In this document: piece by piece, positions 42,122 through 53,056 of the stretch | Layout of the letters: each line of letters starts with the position of its first letter | Numbering within the stretch: the stretch's first letter is position 1 | Source of the DNA: Acidobacteriota bacterium | GTDB taxonomy: Bacteria > Acidobacteriota > UBA890 > WLXD01 | DNA length: 64,000 bases | Direction: 5' to 3' | NCBI GenBank assembly: GCA_965205505.1 | Contig: CBDBHB010000004.1 | Location: 18,206 to 82,205, forward strand | The notes under the pieces: generated by a model | The model's input: the letters and a program-made list of their open reading frames with translations, nothing else | Database searches by the model: none | Told to the model about the DNA's origin: nothing | Made by a program: the position numbers and the translations under genes

Positions 42122-42266
42122 GTCGCCTCCTTCTTGCCGGCCGCGTCAATACGCGGCGGGATCTCTGCTCTTGCGGTTGCGCGATGGCCGAGGGCCAAGG
42201 TGTCGTGTTTCTGCCGGACGGGAGCTCCCAGCGGTTCGTTTTGGTGAAGTCGGCGAGCCTAACGGG

Positions 42267-42941
42267 CTAGTCGATGGCGAAGCAGTAGAACAAGCCGTCG
42301 CCGCCGGTGCCTTGCAGGTCTTCCTGGCCGCAGCCACGCGAGCCGTGCGCCGAGTTCCACGACGTGGGGTTGTCGCCGCCGCCGCTGCGATCGAAGTGTC
42401 CCACCAGAGCGCTGCCCTCGCTACGACTAGTCCAGTTGCCGCAGGTGTGGTCCTCACCGTCGGAAAGCAACGTGCCGTCCATCTGAACACCGGTGAGAAT
42501 GTCGTGACGGTTGGGACTGTCGCCACGACCCTTCACCATGTCGCCGTTCTCGGTAAGAACGGTCTCCTTGGTCATGTTGTTGTCGCCATGGAGATTGTCC
42601 ACATCGGTGGCCACGACCACGCCGCTCACATTGCGCCACGGCCCACTACCGATGCGGTCGCCAGCGTTGACCGCCGGCTGGCCGTCGGCCGCGCCGGCAC
42701 CGAGATATGCCCGCCACGTGCTATCCCCTGCACCAACCGCCCGCGCCAGCATCTCGCAACGCGTGTCGGCACCCGCCAGACCGCCCAGATCGGCACCGTT
42801 GCCACCTCCCGAGCTCGTGATGAAGAAACTCATCTCGCTCGCCTGGCGGCTGGGCGCCACCGCCGCGATCGCCTCCAGTGCGGAGTCGGTGAGCGTCGCG
42901 AGCAACATCAAAGCCATTCCCAGGACCACGATCTTTCTCAT
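42267..42941 (-). CDS. Secreted endostatin/lectin-like protein
   Basis: 'FFITS.G.G.GADLGGLAGAD..C', 'HDILTG', 'TC.NWTS', 'GLFYCFA'. Confidence 0.7.
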   Translation of the reverse strand: MRKIVVLGMALMLLATLTDSALEAIAAVAPSRQASEMSFFITSSGGGNGADLGGLAGADTRCEMLARAVGAGDSTWRAYLGAGAADGQPAVNAGDRIGSGPWRNVSGVVVATDVDNLHGDNNMTKETVLTENGDMVKGRGDSPNRHDILTGVQMDGTLLSDGEDHTCGNWTSRSEGSALVGHFDRSGGGDNPTSWNSAHGSRGCGQEDLQGTGGDGLFYCFAID

Positions 42942-43033
42942 ATCCAGCTCCTCATACCGAAGTGCACAGTGTGTTCGCGCCGGAGTCTACGGAAAATACG
43001 GCCCGCCAGCAAAGGCGCGGCTCCCCCGGCCTG

Positions 43034-43789
43034 CTAAGACCTCGCGCCGTTGGCTTTGATCGTCGCCGATACGTACGCCGACAGGCCTTCCGCGTGCTTG
43101 TCGAAGGCCTCTGAGAATCGGTGGTCTGTGACGTACATCTCGGCGAGCCCAGCGTGCATCTGCGGGCTACAAGCATAGAACCAGCGATCGATGTGTTGCC
43201 TGTGCAGCTCCGCTGCCGCCATCGCTGCTTCGGAATCGGGCGGGTCGCCAGCGGCCAAGCGCGCCGCCAGCTACTCGACGATCGCGCCGCTCTCAGCCTT
43301 GATTGCCTTCCAGTCGTCAGACCCATAGTCGCGCGTACGCCGCTGCGCCGCGGCCCAAGCGGGTGTCGTTCCCCACCGTTCCTGCGCCTCGGCTTCGTGT
43401 TGCTCTGACTCGAATCCCTCGAACAGGTCCTCGATGGCCATTGATGTCTCTCCTTCAGGGAAGCCCAGCATGCGGTCGATTGTCGCCACCAGCACCTCGG
43501 TGTCCTTCAAACGCTGCGCTAAGTGCCTTCGGTGCGCGCGCAGCGCGGCGCGGATATCGAAGTCGGGCGCGTCGAGAACGCGGCGGATCTCCTCGAGGGC
43601 CATGCCGAGCTGGCGATGGAATCGAATCTGTTGGAGGCGCTCGATGTCTTGGCCGGTGTAAAGGCGGTATCCGGCTCGGCTGCGAGCCGACGGTCGCAGC
43701 AGGCCGATCTCGTCGTAGTGGTGCAGGGTGCGAACGGTCACCCTTGCGATCCGCGCGACCGATCCCACTTTGTACGTGTACCTGGACAT
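43034..43789 (-). pseudogene. MerR-family TipA-like regulator (HTH plus TipAS) with an in-frame TAG at 43271-43273
   Basis: 'VTVRTLHHYDEIGLL.P...YRLY', 'EAQERWG.T', then GAG TAG CTG, continuing in frame to 'H..LAEMYV.D.RF'. Confidence 0.8.
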
Positions 43790-43804
43790 CGCTTCCTCTG
43801 AAAG

Positions 43805-43836
43805 GATCGTCGTGCCTCACGCAAGGTGAGGGTCAA
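43805..43836 (-). promoter_or_regulatory. MerR/TipA-type promoter with dyad operator
   Basis: -35 TTGACC overlaps the inverted repeat CCTCAC-N5-GTGAGG (43815-43831), just upstream of the regulator start. Confidence 0.75.
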
Positions 43837-43990
43837 GCTTCTGGTCGGAGAATTATAACCCTCGACCGACAGAACCATCGCAACGGCACCATGGCAACGG
43901 CATCGTGCAGACCCGCGATAGTGGACGAGTAAACTGGGCGCATGCTCGAGAGCGACCTCATCCAGGCGGACGCTGCACCCTTGTCGAGTC

Positions 43991-45460
43991 GTGCCTGAGG
44001 CCATCGAACGCTGGCGCTTGGCGTCCGATCTCAACATCTCGCGCGTGCTCACCGGCCTGTGGCAGATCGCCGACATGGAGCGCGACGGCCGTCCGGTCGA
44101 CCGCGCCGGCGCCGCCCGCGCCATGGAACCGTACGTCGAGGCTGGCTTCACCACCTTCGACATGGCCGACCACTACGGCTCGGCGGAGGAGATTGCCGGC
44201 GAGTTCGTCCAGCGGCACGGCGCCGACTCGGTTCAGCTGCTGACCAAGTGGGTACCCAAGCCCGGAGCAACCAGCCGCGATGACGTCCGCGCCGCGGTTG
44301 AGCTGGCTTTGGAGCGGCTGCGCAGCGACCGCATCGACCTGCTTCAGTTCCACACCTGGAACTACGCCGACCCCGGCTACCTGGACACCCTCCTCTACCT
44401 ACAGGAGCTCAAGGAGGAGGGGCTCATTGGCCACCTCGGGCTCACCAACGTGGACACACCGCATCTCAGGATCCTCATCCACAGCGGCATTGAGGTGGTC
44501 TCCAACCAGGTGTCGTTCTCGCTCCTCGATCAGCGCTGTCGCGTCAACGGCATGACCGAGCTGTGTCGGCAGCACGGCATCACGCTGCTGGCGTTCGGCA
44601 CGCTCGCCGGGGGATTCCTCGGCGAGCGCTGGCTGGACCGGCCGGAGCCCGACTGGGAGGACCTCGAGACCTGGTCGCAGATGAAGTACGGCCGGTTCAT
44701 TCGCACCGCCGGCGGGTGGGAAGCGTTTCAGGCGCTGCTTCGTGTGGTGCAGGCTGTTGCCACACGCCACGAGGTCTCGATGGCGAACGTCGCCTGCCGC
44801 TACATCCTCGATCAACCCGCCGTCGGCGGCGTGATCCTGGGGGCGCGCCTCGGCGTCAGCGAACACCGCGATGACAATACCCGACTGTTCGAGCTCGCCC
44901 TCGATGAGGCGGGCCGATCGGAGATCGACGCGGCGGTAGCTCGACTCGACCCAATACCCGGCGACTGCGGCGACGAGTACCGACGAGCACCGTTCCTGAC
45001 CGCGACGGGCGACCTCAGCCACCACATCGAAAGCCTCCCGCCCCCCTACGAGGCATGCCGTGGCGTCGACGGTCGCACCCGGGTGCTCACCGGCACGGTC
45101 TGGGAAGATCTCGCCGGCTTCAGTCGGGCGGTGCGCCAGGGCGATCGGATCATGGTTTCCGGAACCACCGCTACGCACGGTAAGCGACTGATTGGCGGCA
45201 ACGACGCCGAAGCGCAGACGCACTTCCTGATCGACAAGATCGAGGGCGCCTTACAATCGTTGGGCGCGCGGCTCAACGATGTGATCCGAACTCGCGTCTA
45301 CATCAACAACGAGGCCGACTGGGAGCCGGTCTGCCGGATCCACGGCGATCGGTTTCGCCACATCCTGCCGGCGAATACCCTGGTCCAGTCCGGGATCATC
45401 GGATCCGGGTATCTCGTCGAGATGGAGGTAGAGGCATGGCTAACGGCAGATCGACGCTGA
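43991..45460 (+). CDS. Aldo/keto reductase fused to a C-terminal RidA/YjgF domain
   Basis: 'FDMADHYG.AE', 'IDLLQFH'. C-terminal 'FSRAVR.G..I.VSGTT...VEMEVEA'. Confidence 0.85.
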   Translation: MPEAIERWRLASDLNISRVLTGLWQIADMERDGRPVDRAGAARAMEPYVEAGFTTFDMADHYGSAEEIAGEFVQRHGADSVQLLTKWVPKPGATSRDDVRAAVELALERLRSDRIDLLQFHTWNYADPGYLDTLLYLQELKEEGLIGHLGLTNVDTPHLRILIHSGIEVVSNQVSFSLLDQRCRVNGMTELCRQHGITLLAFGTLAGGFLGERWLDRPEPDWEDLETWSQMKYGRFIRTAGGWEAFQALLRVVQAVATRHEVSMANVACRYILDQPAVGGVILGARLGVSEHRDDNTRLFELALDEAGRSEIDAAVARLDPIPGDCGDEYRRAPFLTATGDLSHHIESLPPPYEACRGVDGRTRVLTGTVWEDLAGFSRAVRQGDRIMVSGTTATHGKRLIGGNDAEAQTHFLIDKIEGALQSLGARLNDVIRTRVYINNEADWEPVCRIHGDRFRHILPANTLVQSGIIGSGYLVEMEVEAWLTADRR

Positions 45461-45804
45461 GCGTGGCACTCGTCGTCATCGGGGTGATTTTCCTTGTCGG
45501 CTTGTATCCGCTGACGGTGCTGTGGCCGGCGGGGTTCATGTGGGAGCCTCGGCAGGCCGAGTATGAGCAGATGATCCTCATCACGTTCGCCGTGCTCGGA
45601 GTGTTCTTGCTCAGGGCGTCGCGCAACCCGTCCGAGCACCTCAGCCTGATTGCCTTTACCGCCTGGTCCAGCCTGGCGCATGGGCTGCTGATGGCCTATC
45701 AAGCGTTCAACGACCCGGCGGAGTCGGCCAACCTGATGGGCGATGTCCCGGCGCTCATTTTGATCGGAGTCGTCCTGCTAGTGTTGATGAGGCGTAACGA
45801 GTAG
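45436..45804 (+). CDS. Small membrane protein (DUF6632-like)
   Basis: Four hydrophobic segments; 'YEQMI....LGVFLL.A.RNP..H.SLI.FT.WSS'. Confidence 0.65.
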   Translation: MANGRSTLSVALVVIGVIFLVGLYPLTVLWPAGFMWEPRQAEYEQMILITFAVLGVFLLRASRNPSEHLSLIAFTAWSSLAHGLLMAYQAFNDPAESANLMGDVPALILIGVVLLVLMRRNE

Positions 45805-45807
45805 CGC

Positions 45808-47058
45808 ATGCGAAGATCCTGTGCCGACCGCGTGCGCTACGCTGCGTCGCTGATCGTCGCCACGCTGCTTACGCCGGTCGGCGGAGCGCGCGGCCAGGAA
45901 ATGCCCGATTGGACCAGGATCGCCCCCTCCATCGAGGCAACGGGGTTCGTCGAACGCCTTCCCATCGAGGTCCTGCAAACGAAGCTCTTCCTCGAGCTCG
46001 AGCTTGGCGGGCGCCCTCGGTCGGTGGTGTTCGACACGGGTTCTCCCAGCGTGCTCAGCAAGCCGCTGGCGACCGAGCTCGGCCTGGAGATTATCGATAC
46101 CATCCAAACCCTCGACGCCAACGGAGTGCCGATCGACAACGAGGTGGCGGTACTTGACGAGCTCCGGCTCGGCGGTCTGAGCGTACGCAACATCCCGGTG
46201 ATCATCGCCGACCTCTCGAAGGCGCCGATCGCCAGCTGCCTGTTCGATGTCGTGCTCGGCTCCAACATCCTGCAGGTCTGCAACTGGCAGATCGACGTAG
46301 CCGGGCGAGCGCTGACGTGCGCCGACCGGCTCGAGGACTTGCCGTTTATCGACGAAAGCGCCTCGGTTCCAATACGCGTGTTCGGCTACCCGTACTCGCC
46401 GATCCTCGACACCGAGTTTCACAGCGGCATGACGAGCACCGCGATGTTCGATACCGGCTCGCCCGAGTACGTTGCCCTGACGCACCGCGAGCTCGAGGAC
46501 CTCGAACGCACCGGTGCGATCGAGCGCGGCGCGCTGGTCCGCGGCTTCGGCTCCGCCGGAGAATCGCTCGGTGGCATGGGCCAGGATCGGGAGGCCTTTC
46601 TACTGTCGCTGAGCCGGCTCTGGATTGGCGACCTCGAGCTGGTAGACGTGGTGGCACGATCGCAGCAGGAAGCTCCCACGCTCATCGGCGCCAGCCTGCT
46701 GGAGCACTATGTGGTGACGCTGGCATATCCACACAAGCGAGCTTTCTTCTACAAGAATTCGGAGGCGCCGCTGCGGCGAAGCAGCTTTGGCTTTGGGCCC
46801 GACTTCGATGCGCAAGCGGTTACCGCCAGCTTCGTCTGGGAGGAATCGCCCGCCTACGGAGCGGGAATCCGCCCCGGCGATCGGCTCATGCGCATCGGCG
46901 ATTCCGACTTGACCGCGATCACCCAGCAGAACCGCTGCCCGGTAATACGCGACGTTCTCGAGTCGTTGGATGACGATGCCATGTTGCGCGTCGACTTCGA
47001 GCACGAAGGCGCCGCGACAACGGTCGAGCTCACCCGGCAACCGACACTACAGCGCTGA
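45808..47058 (+). CDS. Double retropepsin-like aspartyl protease with PDZ domain
   Basis: Two 'FDTGS' motifs and 'SPA..AGIRPGD'. Confidence 0.8.
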   Translation: MRRSCADRVRYAASLIVATLLTPVGGARGQEMPDWTRIAPSIEATGFVERLPIEVLQTKLFLELELGGRPRSVVFDTGSPSVLSKPLATELGLEIIDTIQTLDANGVPIDNEVAVLDELRLGGLSVRNIPVIIADLSKAPIASCLFDVVLGSNILQVCNWQIDVAGRALTCADRLEDLPFIDESASVPIRVFGYPYSPILDTEFHSGMTSTAMFDTGSPEYVALTHRELEDLERTGAIERGALVRGFGSAGESLGGMGQDREAFLLSLSRLWIGDLELVDVVARSQQEAPTLIGASLLEHYVVTLAYPHKRAFFYKNSEAPLRRSSFGFGPDFDAQAVTASFVWEESPAYGAGIRPGDRLMRIGDSDLTAITQQNRCPVIRDVLESLDDDAMLRVDFEHEGAATTVELTRQPTLQR

Positions 47059-47099
47059 GCTGCCGAGCCGCGAGCACCGGCAAGGGTATTCTGGAGCTC

Positions 47100-47516
47100 A
47101 TGCCATACAGGCGACTTGCCGCATTCAGCACGTTGGTAGTGACCGCCAACCTGCTCATCGGGGCGGTGCACATGCTGGCTCACCTGCAGCTCGGCGTAGC
47201 GCTTGCCCCCTGGCAGGATATATTCGTGAGCCTGGTGATCGTGACGAGCCCGATCGCGGCGGCAGTCCTGGTGCGTACGCCTTTGCGGCGCATCGGCGCC
47301 GACCTGCTGATCGGCTCGATGGCGGGCGCCTTCGCCTTCAGCACCTACTTCCACTACGTTTTGGTTTCGCCCGACCACGTCGCGCACCTGCCGGAGGGCG
47401 AGCTGCAGTGGCTGTTTCGCCTGACCGCAGCCTCGCTGCTGGTAGCTCAGGGACTAGGGGTAACAATTGGCGTGCTCATGATGCGAGCGATACGGGAGGG
47501 AACATGGCGGACGTAA
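47100..47516 (+). CDS. Hypothetical membrane protein
   Basis: Four hydrophobic helices with His residues ('HYVLVSPDHVAH'). RBS present. Confidence 0.6.
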   Translation: MPYRRLAAFSTLVVTANLLIGAVHMLAHLQLGVALAPWQDIFVSLVIVTSPIAAAVLVRTPLRRIGADLLIGSMAGAFAFSTYFHYVLVSPDHVAHLPEGELQWLFRLTAASLLVAQGLGVTIGVLMMRAIREGTWRT

Positions 47517-47839
47517 CGCTGCGAACCATCGACGAAATGGACGGCTACGAGGGCATGTTCCTCCACGCCGGCAAGGCCCTGGGAGTGACTGCCTGGGGAA
47601 TGAACGTCCTCAAGCTGCCCGCCGGGTGGGACGACTACCCGGAGCACGACCACAACGAGGACGGACACGAGGAGGTTTATGTGACCCTCGAGGGCAGCGC
47701 CACGCTCGAGGCTGAGGGCGAGACCTGGTTGCTGGAGCCCGGGGTCATGGCTCGTGTCGGCGCGGCGCAGAAGCGCAAGATCGTCCCGGGTGATGACGGC
47801 GTGGTCTTACTGGCGATCGGGGGAGCCTCCGAAGCCTGA
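47504..47839 (+). CDS. Cupin-domain protein
   Basis: RBS GGAGG; 'HDH..DGHEEVYV.LEG.A'. Confidence 0.75.
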   Translation: MADVTLRTIDEMDGYEGMFLHAGKALGVTAWGMNVLKLPAGWDDYPEHDHNEDGHEEVYVTLEGSATLEAEGETWLLEPGVMARVGAAQKRKIVPGDDGVVLLAIGGASEA

Positions 47840-48034
47840 GTCGCAGGACGGTGTCCGCGTCCCAATTATCTACCGGCAGCATCATCTACCCGGCAGCTCG
47901 CTGTCGGCGTCAGCGGCCGGTGCCCGCCACTTGTCAAGGCGGGCGCCTTGCCGTTTACTTGGGGCGCTATTCACCGCGACCCCGGTCGGGCGCAGGACGC
48001 CTGCCGAGGCCCGATCTGCTGGAAGGAAGCCAAA

Positions 48035-49070
48035 ATGCCCAAGTTCAGCGTCCTCGCAGTCGTACCGTTGCTCGTAGTCGCCTCAGCCCTCATTGTCGGG
48101 AGCGTGAATTTGACGCCTGCCGGCGCTGCCGACCATCTCGACGGGCCCAACGCATCAGCCGACGGCCGCACCGACATCGGCGACATGTAAATCTTCCCGG
48201 GAGAGGGCTTCTCCACGCGGGCGCGATCGAACACGGCGGCCGGAGACTACACCGTCATGATAATGACGGTGGATCCTTTCGCCGGAATCTTGAGCCCCGA
48301 GACGTTCAACGACGCGGCCACCTACGAGTTCAAGATCGACAATGACGGCGACAACAAAGTCGACACCACGTGGACGGCCGAGTTCAGTGGCTCCAGCAGA
48401 GGCTCGGCCGGCCGCATGACGGTGCGCCAAGACGGCAAGAAGCGCGGCGCCGGCGCCATCGGCAGCGAGATCGCGCTCAAGAGCGGTGGCATGGCGATGG
48501 CAGGTAAGTTCGACGATCCGTTCTACTTCGACGCCGCCGCCGCGGCCAACGGCCTCCAGTTCTGCCCCGGTGGCGTCGGCGCTGATTTCTTCGCCTTCGG
48601 CAACGTCCATGGCGATCGTCCTCGAGGTACCAGCAGCAGCGCTGTTCGGTGGCGCCGCACAGATCGGGATCTGGGGAGCGATACGCGTGAGTGCCAAGCA
48701 GATCGATCGCATGGGCCGACCATTCGTCAACCTGTTCCTGCTGCCCACCAACGCCCTGATGAACAAGTTCAATAAGAGCAAGAAGCCACACCGCGACATA
48801 AAGAAGTTCGGCAACGCCGTGACGGCGGCGCTCCAAGGACTGGGAGCCGACACCGCTACCGCCGCAGCTCTGCTCCCCCGGCTACTACCGGACATCATGG
48901 CCTAAAGCACTGCCGCGCCAGCGGGCTTCCCGAACGGCCGTGGGCTGGCGGACGATGTCACCGACAACAACCTACAGACGCTTACCGGCAACGCCGCCGC
49001 CACCGATTGCGTCGACAGCAACGATAAGGACTTCCCAGGCACGTTCCCGTATCTCGCGCCCGCCCACTAG
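48035..49070 (+). pseudogene. DUF4331-family secreted protein with two in-frame TAA codons and one +1 frameshift
   Basis: 'ADHLDGP...DIGDM*IF', 'YEFKIDNDGD', 'DDPFYFD', extra C near 48608, 'QIDRMGRP', 'LPDIMA*S', 'FPNGR.L.DDV', 'FPYLAP'. Confidence 0.8.
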
Positions 49071-49080
49071 CAACCAGCAA

Positions 49081-50414
49081 ATGAGCGGTCTGAAGGCCGC
49101 GGCGCTGGCGCTTTTCAGCGTCGGCGTCGCGGCCGTGATCTTTGGCACCCTGCTGTCACGACGCACGGCTCCGGCCGACGCAACCGCCTGGGGCGTGGAG
49201 CTTGTCGACGCCACAGCGGTGGCGGCGTTGCCGCCGGCTGATGCCGGCATCGAGACGTTTCGACGGCGCGTCGAAGCGCATCCTGCGTCGGCTCCCGATC
49301 ACAGCACGCTGGGACTGCTTTACATGCGCCGCGCCGCCGAGTCGGGCGACGATACGTTCTACTCGGATGCGGAGCGGGCGTACCGGCGCGCGCTCGCGCT
49401 AGCGCCCGACAACCGGAATGCCCAGCTGGGCCTCGCGTCGACACTTGCAGCCCAACACCAGTTCGCGCTCGCGCTGGAGCTGATCGAGCCGATCCTCGAC
49501 AAGGAGCCCGAGCACCGCGAAGCCCTGATGGCGGCAGGTGACGCGTACGTGGCGCTCGGGCGCTACGGGGCGGCGGCGACCGCGCACGAGACGTTCGCCC
49601 TCCTGGAGCCCGGGCCCGCAGCCACGGCGCGGCTGGCGCACCTGGAGGAACTGCACGGCAATGTCGACGCCGCGTTGGTGTTGTTCGAGAACGCCGCGCT
49701 CGGAGCTCTCCGGGCCGACGCCTTGGCAAGTGATCTGACCTGGTACCTGATACGCCTCGCCGACAGTTATTTCCAGCTGGGTAGCTACGACGCCTCCGCA
49801 CGCCACGCCGAAGTGGCGTATGAGGTATCGCGACGTGCGTATCCTTCATTCAGCCTGCTTGCCCGAGCCCCGCGCCGCACAAGCGCGGTACGACGAAGCG
49901 ATCGAGGCCAGCGAACGGTTGGTGGCGAGATTGCCGCACCCCGAGCTGCTCGGCCAGCTCGGCGATCTGTATGCGCTGGCGGGCCGCCAGGCCGAAGCCA
50001 CGATGCTCTACGGGCGAGTTGTTGCGTTAGCAGCAATGGCCGGCCCCGTGGAGGATCGGCCGCTGGCGAAGTTCCTCGCCGACCACGACCTCGAGCCCGA
50101 ACAGACGCTGCTGCGGGCGACGCGCGACGTCAAGCTGCGCCCCAACATCGAGGCACACGATTTGCACGCCCTGGGCGCTGTATCGTAACGGCCGTTTCGA
50201 AGCTGCCGCCGAGGCCATCGAGCGCGCCCTGCGCCTGGGGACTCGACGTGCCGAATTCTACTACCACGCAGGCATGATCTACGGAGCGTTAGGTGACGTT
50301 GACCGCTCGATCTCGTTCTTGCAGGAGGCGCTGGCGATCAACCCCGGATTCAATCCGCTGCACGCGCCGCTCGCCCGCGAGCACCTGGAGGCACAGCGCG
50401 CCGCACCCAGGTAG
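49081..50414 (+). pseudogene. TPR protein (usual DUF4331 partner) with two frameshifts
   Basis: TPR reading switches frame near 49870 and near 50170 and ends '...ALAINPGFNPLH...*'. Confidence 0.65.
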
Positions 50415-50418
50415 CCGC

Positions 50419-51210
50419 ATGTCATCGTTCACGACCTGGATCGTGCTGGCTCTCTGCGTCGCCCCGGGGATCGCCTGCGGTGGGGCCTCGTCAGATGCGA
50501 ACGGTACAGTGCTGGTGTTTGCAGCGGCTAGCCTGCGCGATGTCCTCCAGGAGGTCGGAACGGCCTTCGAGGGAGAGGCTGGCATCAGCGTCGTATTCAA
50601 CTTCGCGGGTTCCAACGTGCTGGCGCGTCAGATCGAGGCGCGCCCGATCGCCGACGTATTCGTCTCCGCCGACCAGCGCTGGATGGACTACGTCGCGGAC
50701 CTCGACATGGTGACCCTCGGAACGCGCGCCACGCCGTTGGGCAACCGTCTCGTAGTGGTGGCACACTCGGATAGCGGGCTGAGGCTCGGGGAAGTCGCCG
50801 AGCTCGCCGACGCCAATTTCAGCTTCCTGTCGCTCGCCGACCCGGATGCCGTACCGGCGGGCCGCTACGCCAAGGAAACGTTGCAGCGCGTACGAGTAGG
50901 AACCACCGATCTGTGGAGCCAGGTGCACTATCTGGTGGCGCCCGCACCCGACGTTCGGGCGGCGCTGGCACTGGTGGAGGCACGACCTGATGTGGTTGGC
51001 ATCGTCTACCACACCGATGCGCTGACCTCGTCGCGGGTGAAGGTCGTGCTCGACATACCCGTCTCCATGAGCCCACCCATCCGCTACGCGGTTGCCGCCA
51101 TCGGCATGCAGCCGACTGTGGCTACCAGGCGTTGGCTGGAGTTTCTCCGCGCCGACGCCACCCGTGAGACCTTCGAGCGGCACGGGTTCCTGACCTTCGA
51201 CGGCAACTGA
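50419..51210 (+). CDS. modA: Molybdate ABC transporter substrate-binding protein
   Basis: 'FAAASL', 'FAGS..LARQI', 'P.AVPAGRYA', 'GIVY.TDA'. Confidence 0.92.
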   Translation: MSSFTTWIVLALCVAPGIACGGASSDANGTVLVFAAASLRDVLQEVGTAFEGEAGISVVFNFAGSNVLARQIEARPIADVFVSADQRWMDYVADLDMVTLGTRATPLGNRLVVVAHSDSGLRLGEVAELADANFSFLSLADPDAVPAGRYAKETLQRVRVGTTDLWSQVHYLVAPAPDVRAALALVEARPDVVGIVYHTDALTSSRVKVVLDIPVSMSPPIRYAVAAIGMQPTVATRRWLEFLRADATRETFERHGFLTFDGN

Positions 51211-51212
51211 CG

Positions 51213-51890
51213 GTGGACACCGCCACACTCACGGCCCTCGGCCTGACGCTCCGGGTTGCCGCCACCGCCACCGCGCTCGTGCTCGTGCCCTGCACGCTGA
51301 TCGCCTACGCGCTGGCGCGCTACGAGTTCCGCGGCAAAGCCCTGCTGTCGAGCCTGTTCGGGTTGCCGCTGGTGCTGCCACCGACCGCCGTCGGTTACCT
51401 GCTGCTCAAGACGCTGGGGAGTTCCGGGCCCCTGGGACCGGCAGTCCTCGGCTTCGATCTCGGCATCCTTCTCACCTGGAAGGGAGCGGTCGTTGCGTCG
51501 AGCATCATGGCTTCGCCGCTGGTCGTGCGCACCGCGCGAGTGACCTTCGAGGGCATCGATCCACGTCTCGAGATGATGGCGCGCACGCTCGGCCATAGCC
51601 GAACAGAGGCGTTCCTGCGCTACACGATTCCGCTGGCCACGCGCGGCCTGCTGGCCGCCGCGATTCTCGGCTTCACCCGCGCGGTGGGCGAGTTCGGCGC
51701 CACCGTGATGCTGGCGGGCAACATACCGGGGCGTACACAAACATTGTCGCTGGCGATCTACTCCGCACAGCAGGCCGGCAACGACTCCGAGGCTTACGTG
51801 CTCTTGGGCGTCGCCGTGGCCGTCGGCCTCATTGCAATCCTCGCCTCCGAGAAGCTCTCGCGGATGCCGTCGCGAACCGGCTCGGCATGA
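51213..51890 (+). CDS. modB: Molybdate ABC transporter permease
   Basis: '[11 protein letters not shown]', '[20 protein letters not shown]'. Confidence 0.93.
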   Translation: MDTATLTALGLTLRVAATATALVLVPCTLIAYALARYEFRGKALLSSLFGLPLVLPPTAVGYLLLKTLGSSGPLGPAVLGFDLGILLTWKGAVVASSIMASPLVVRTARVTFEGIDPRLEMMARTLGHSRTEAFLRYTIPLATRGLLAAAILGFTRAVGEFGATVMLAGNIPGRTQTLSLAIYSAQQAGNDSEAYVLLGVAVAVGLIAILASEKLSRMPSRTGSA

Positions 51891-53056
51891 TGAGCGCCAC
51901 GGGAACGCCCGCCGCCAGTCGGTCTGCCGGCACTGCCACGCCAACGCTGCGGGTAAGCGTGCGACTGCCGCTCGATCACTTCGATCTCGAGGTCGACTTC
52001 TCCACACGGGCCCACGCCGTGGGGGTGTTCGGGCCGTCGGGCGCTGGCAAGACCAGCGTGCTGCGCGCCATCGCCGGGCTCGAGGCCGGAGCGCGCGGGC
52101 GGATCAGTCTGGGCGACGAGGTGTGGCTCGATTCTGACGCCGGCATCTGGGTGCCGCCGGAGCGACGTTCCATCGGCTATCTGCCACAGGACGGGCTGCT
52201 GTTTCCGAACCAGGACGTTCGCGGCAACCTGCTCGCCGGCGCCGCTCGCGCGCGCCGAGAGGGCAGCCGCGTCGAGGAGCTGTTCGACACCACGTGCCGG
52301 CTGCTGGAGCTCACGGCGCTGCTCGATCGCAACGTGGCGACGTTGTCGGGAGGCGAGCGCCAGCGGGTCGCCCTCGGGCGCGCCATCTGCTCGGGCCCGC
52401 GCTTGCTGCTGCTCGACGAGCCCCTCGCATCGCTCGACCTGCCATTGCGCCGCCGGGTACTGCCCTTTCTGCGGCGTGTGCGCGAGCAACTAGAGATCCC
52501 GATGCTGTTGGTGTCGCATGATCCGCTCGAGGTGCAGGCCCTGTGCGACGATCTGGTCGCCATAGAGCGCGGCGCCGTGGTCGCCAACGGCGAGGTACGC
52601 GACGTGCTCACCGACGCCGAAGTGCTGCCATTCAGCGGCCACGGGGGCTTCGACAACGTGGTCCAGTGCACGCTGCTCGAGCACGCTGCCGGCACCAGCA
52701 CGGTGCAACTCGGCGAAGCATGCGCCGCACGGTTAACGGTACCGAAGACAAGTGGCGCAGCAGGCGACTCCCGCCTGCTGCGCGTTCCGGCACGCGACAT
52801 CATCGTGGCAATCGAACGCCCGGTGGGTCTGTCGGCGCGCAACGTCGTGCCGGCAACGATCGTGAGAATCCGCTCCGACGGCGACCTGCGCATGCTCGTT
52901 GCCGAGCTCGGCAACGGCGCCCCTGAACTCGCTGCCGTGGTCACCAGCGAGGCGTGCAGCGCCTTGGGATTGGAGGTGGGGCTGCGCGTCTACATGATCA
53001 TCAAGACGGCGTCCTGCGACCTGTATGAAAGCGCACAAGGAGGCCAGCTCGAATGA
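51887..53056 (+). CDS. modC: Molybdate ABC transporter ATPase with TOBE/Mop domain
   Basis: 'GPSGAGKT', 'LSGGERQR', 'LLLDEP', 'LSARN'. Confidence 0.92.
   Translation: MMSATGTPAASRSAGTATPTLRVSVRLPLDHFDLEVDFSTRAHAVGVFGPSGAGKTSVLRAIAGLEAGARGRISLGDEVWLDSDAGIWVPPERRSIGYLPQDGLLFPNQDVRGNLLAGAARARREGSRVEELFDTTCRLLELTALLDRNVATLSGGERQRVALGRAICSGPRLLLLDEPLASLDLPLRRRVLPFLRRVREQLEIPMLLVSHDPLEVQALCDDLVAIERGAVVANGEVRDVLTDAEVLPFSGHGGFDNVVQCTLLEHAAGTSTVQLGEACAARLTVPKTSGAAGDSRLLRVPARDIIVAIERPVGLSARNVVPATIVRIRSDGDLRMLVAELGNGAPELAAVVTSEACSALGLEVGLRVYMIIKTASCDLYESAQGGQLE

Noticed and set aside
960-43273. Genome-wide amber recoding or pyrrolysine suggested by four in-frame TAGs
   Set aside because: TAG is the normal stop of many intact genes here (2316, 5074, 8466, 9675, 17669). 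No pyl genes are seen. The implied residues differ, and two look like TGG to TAG.
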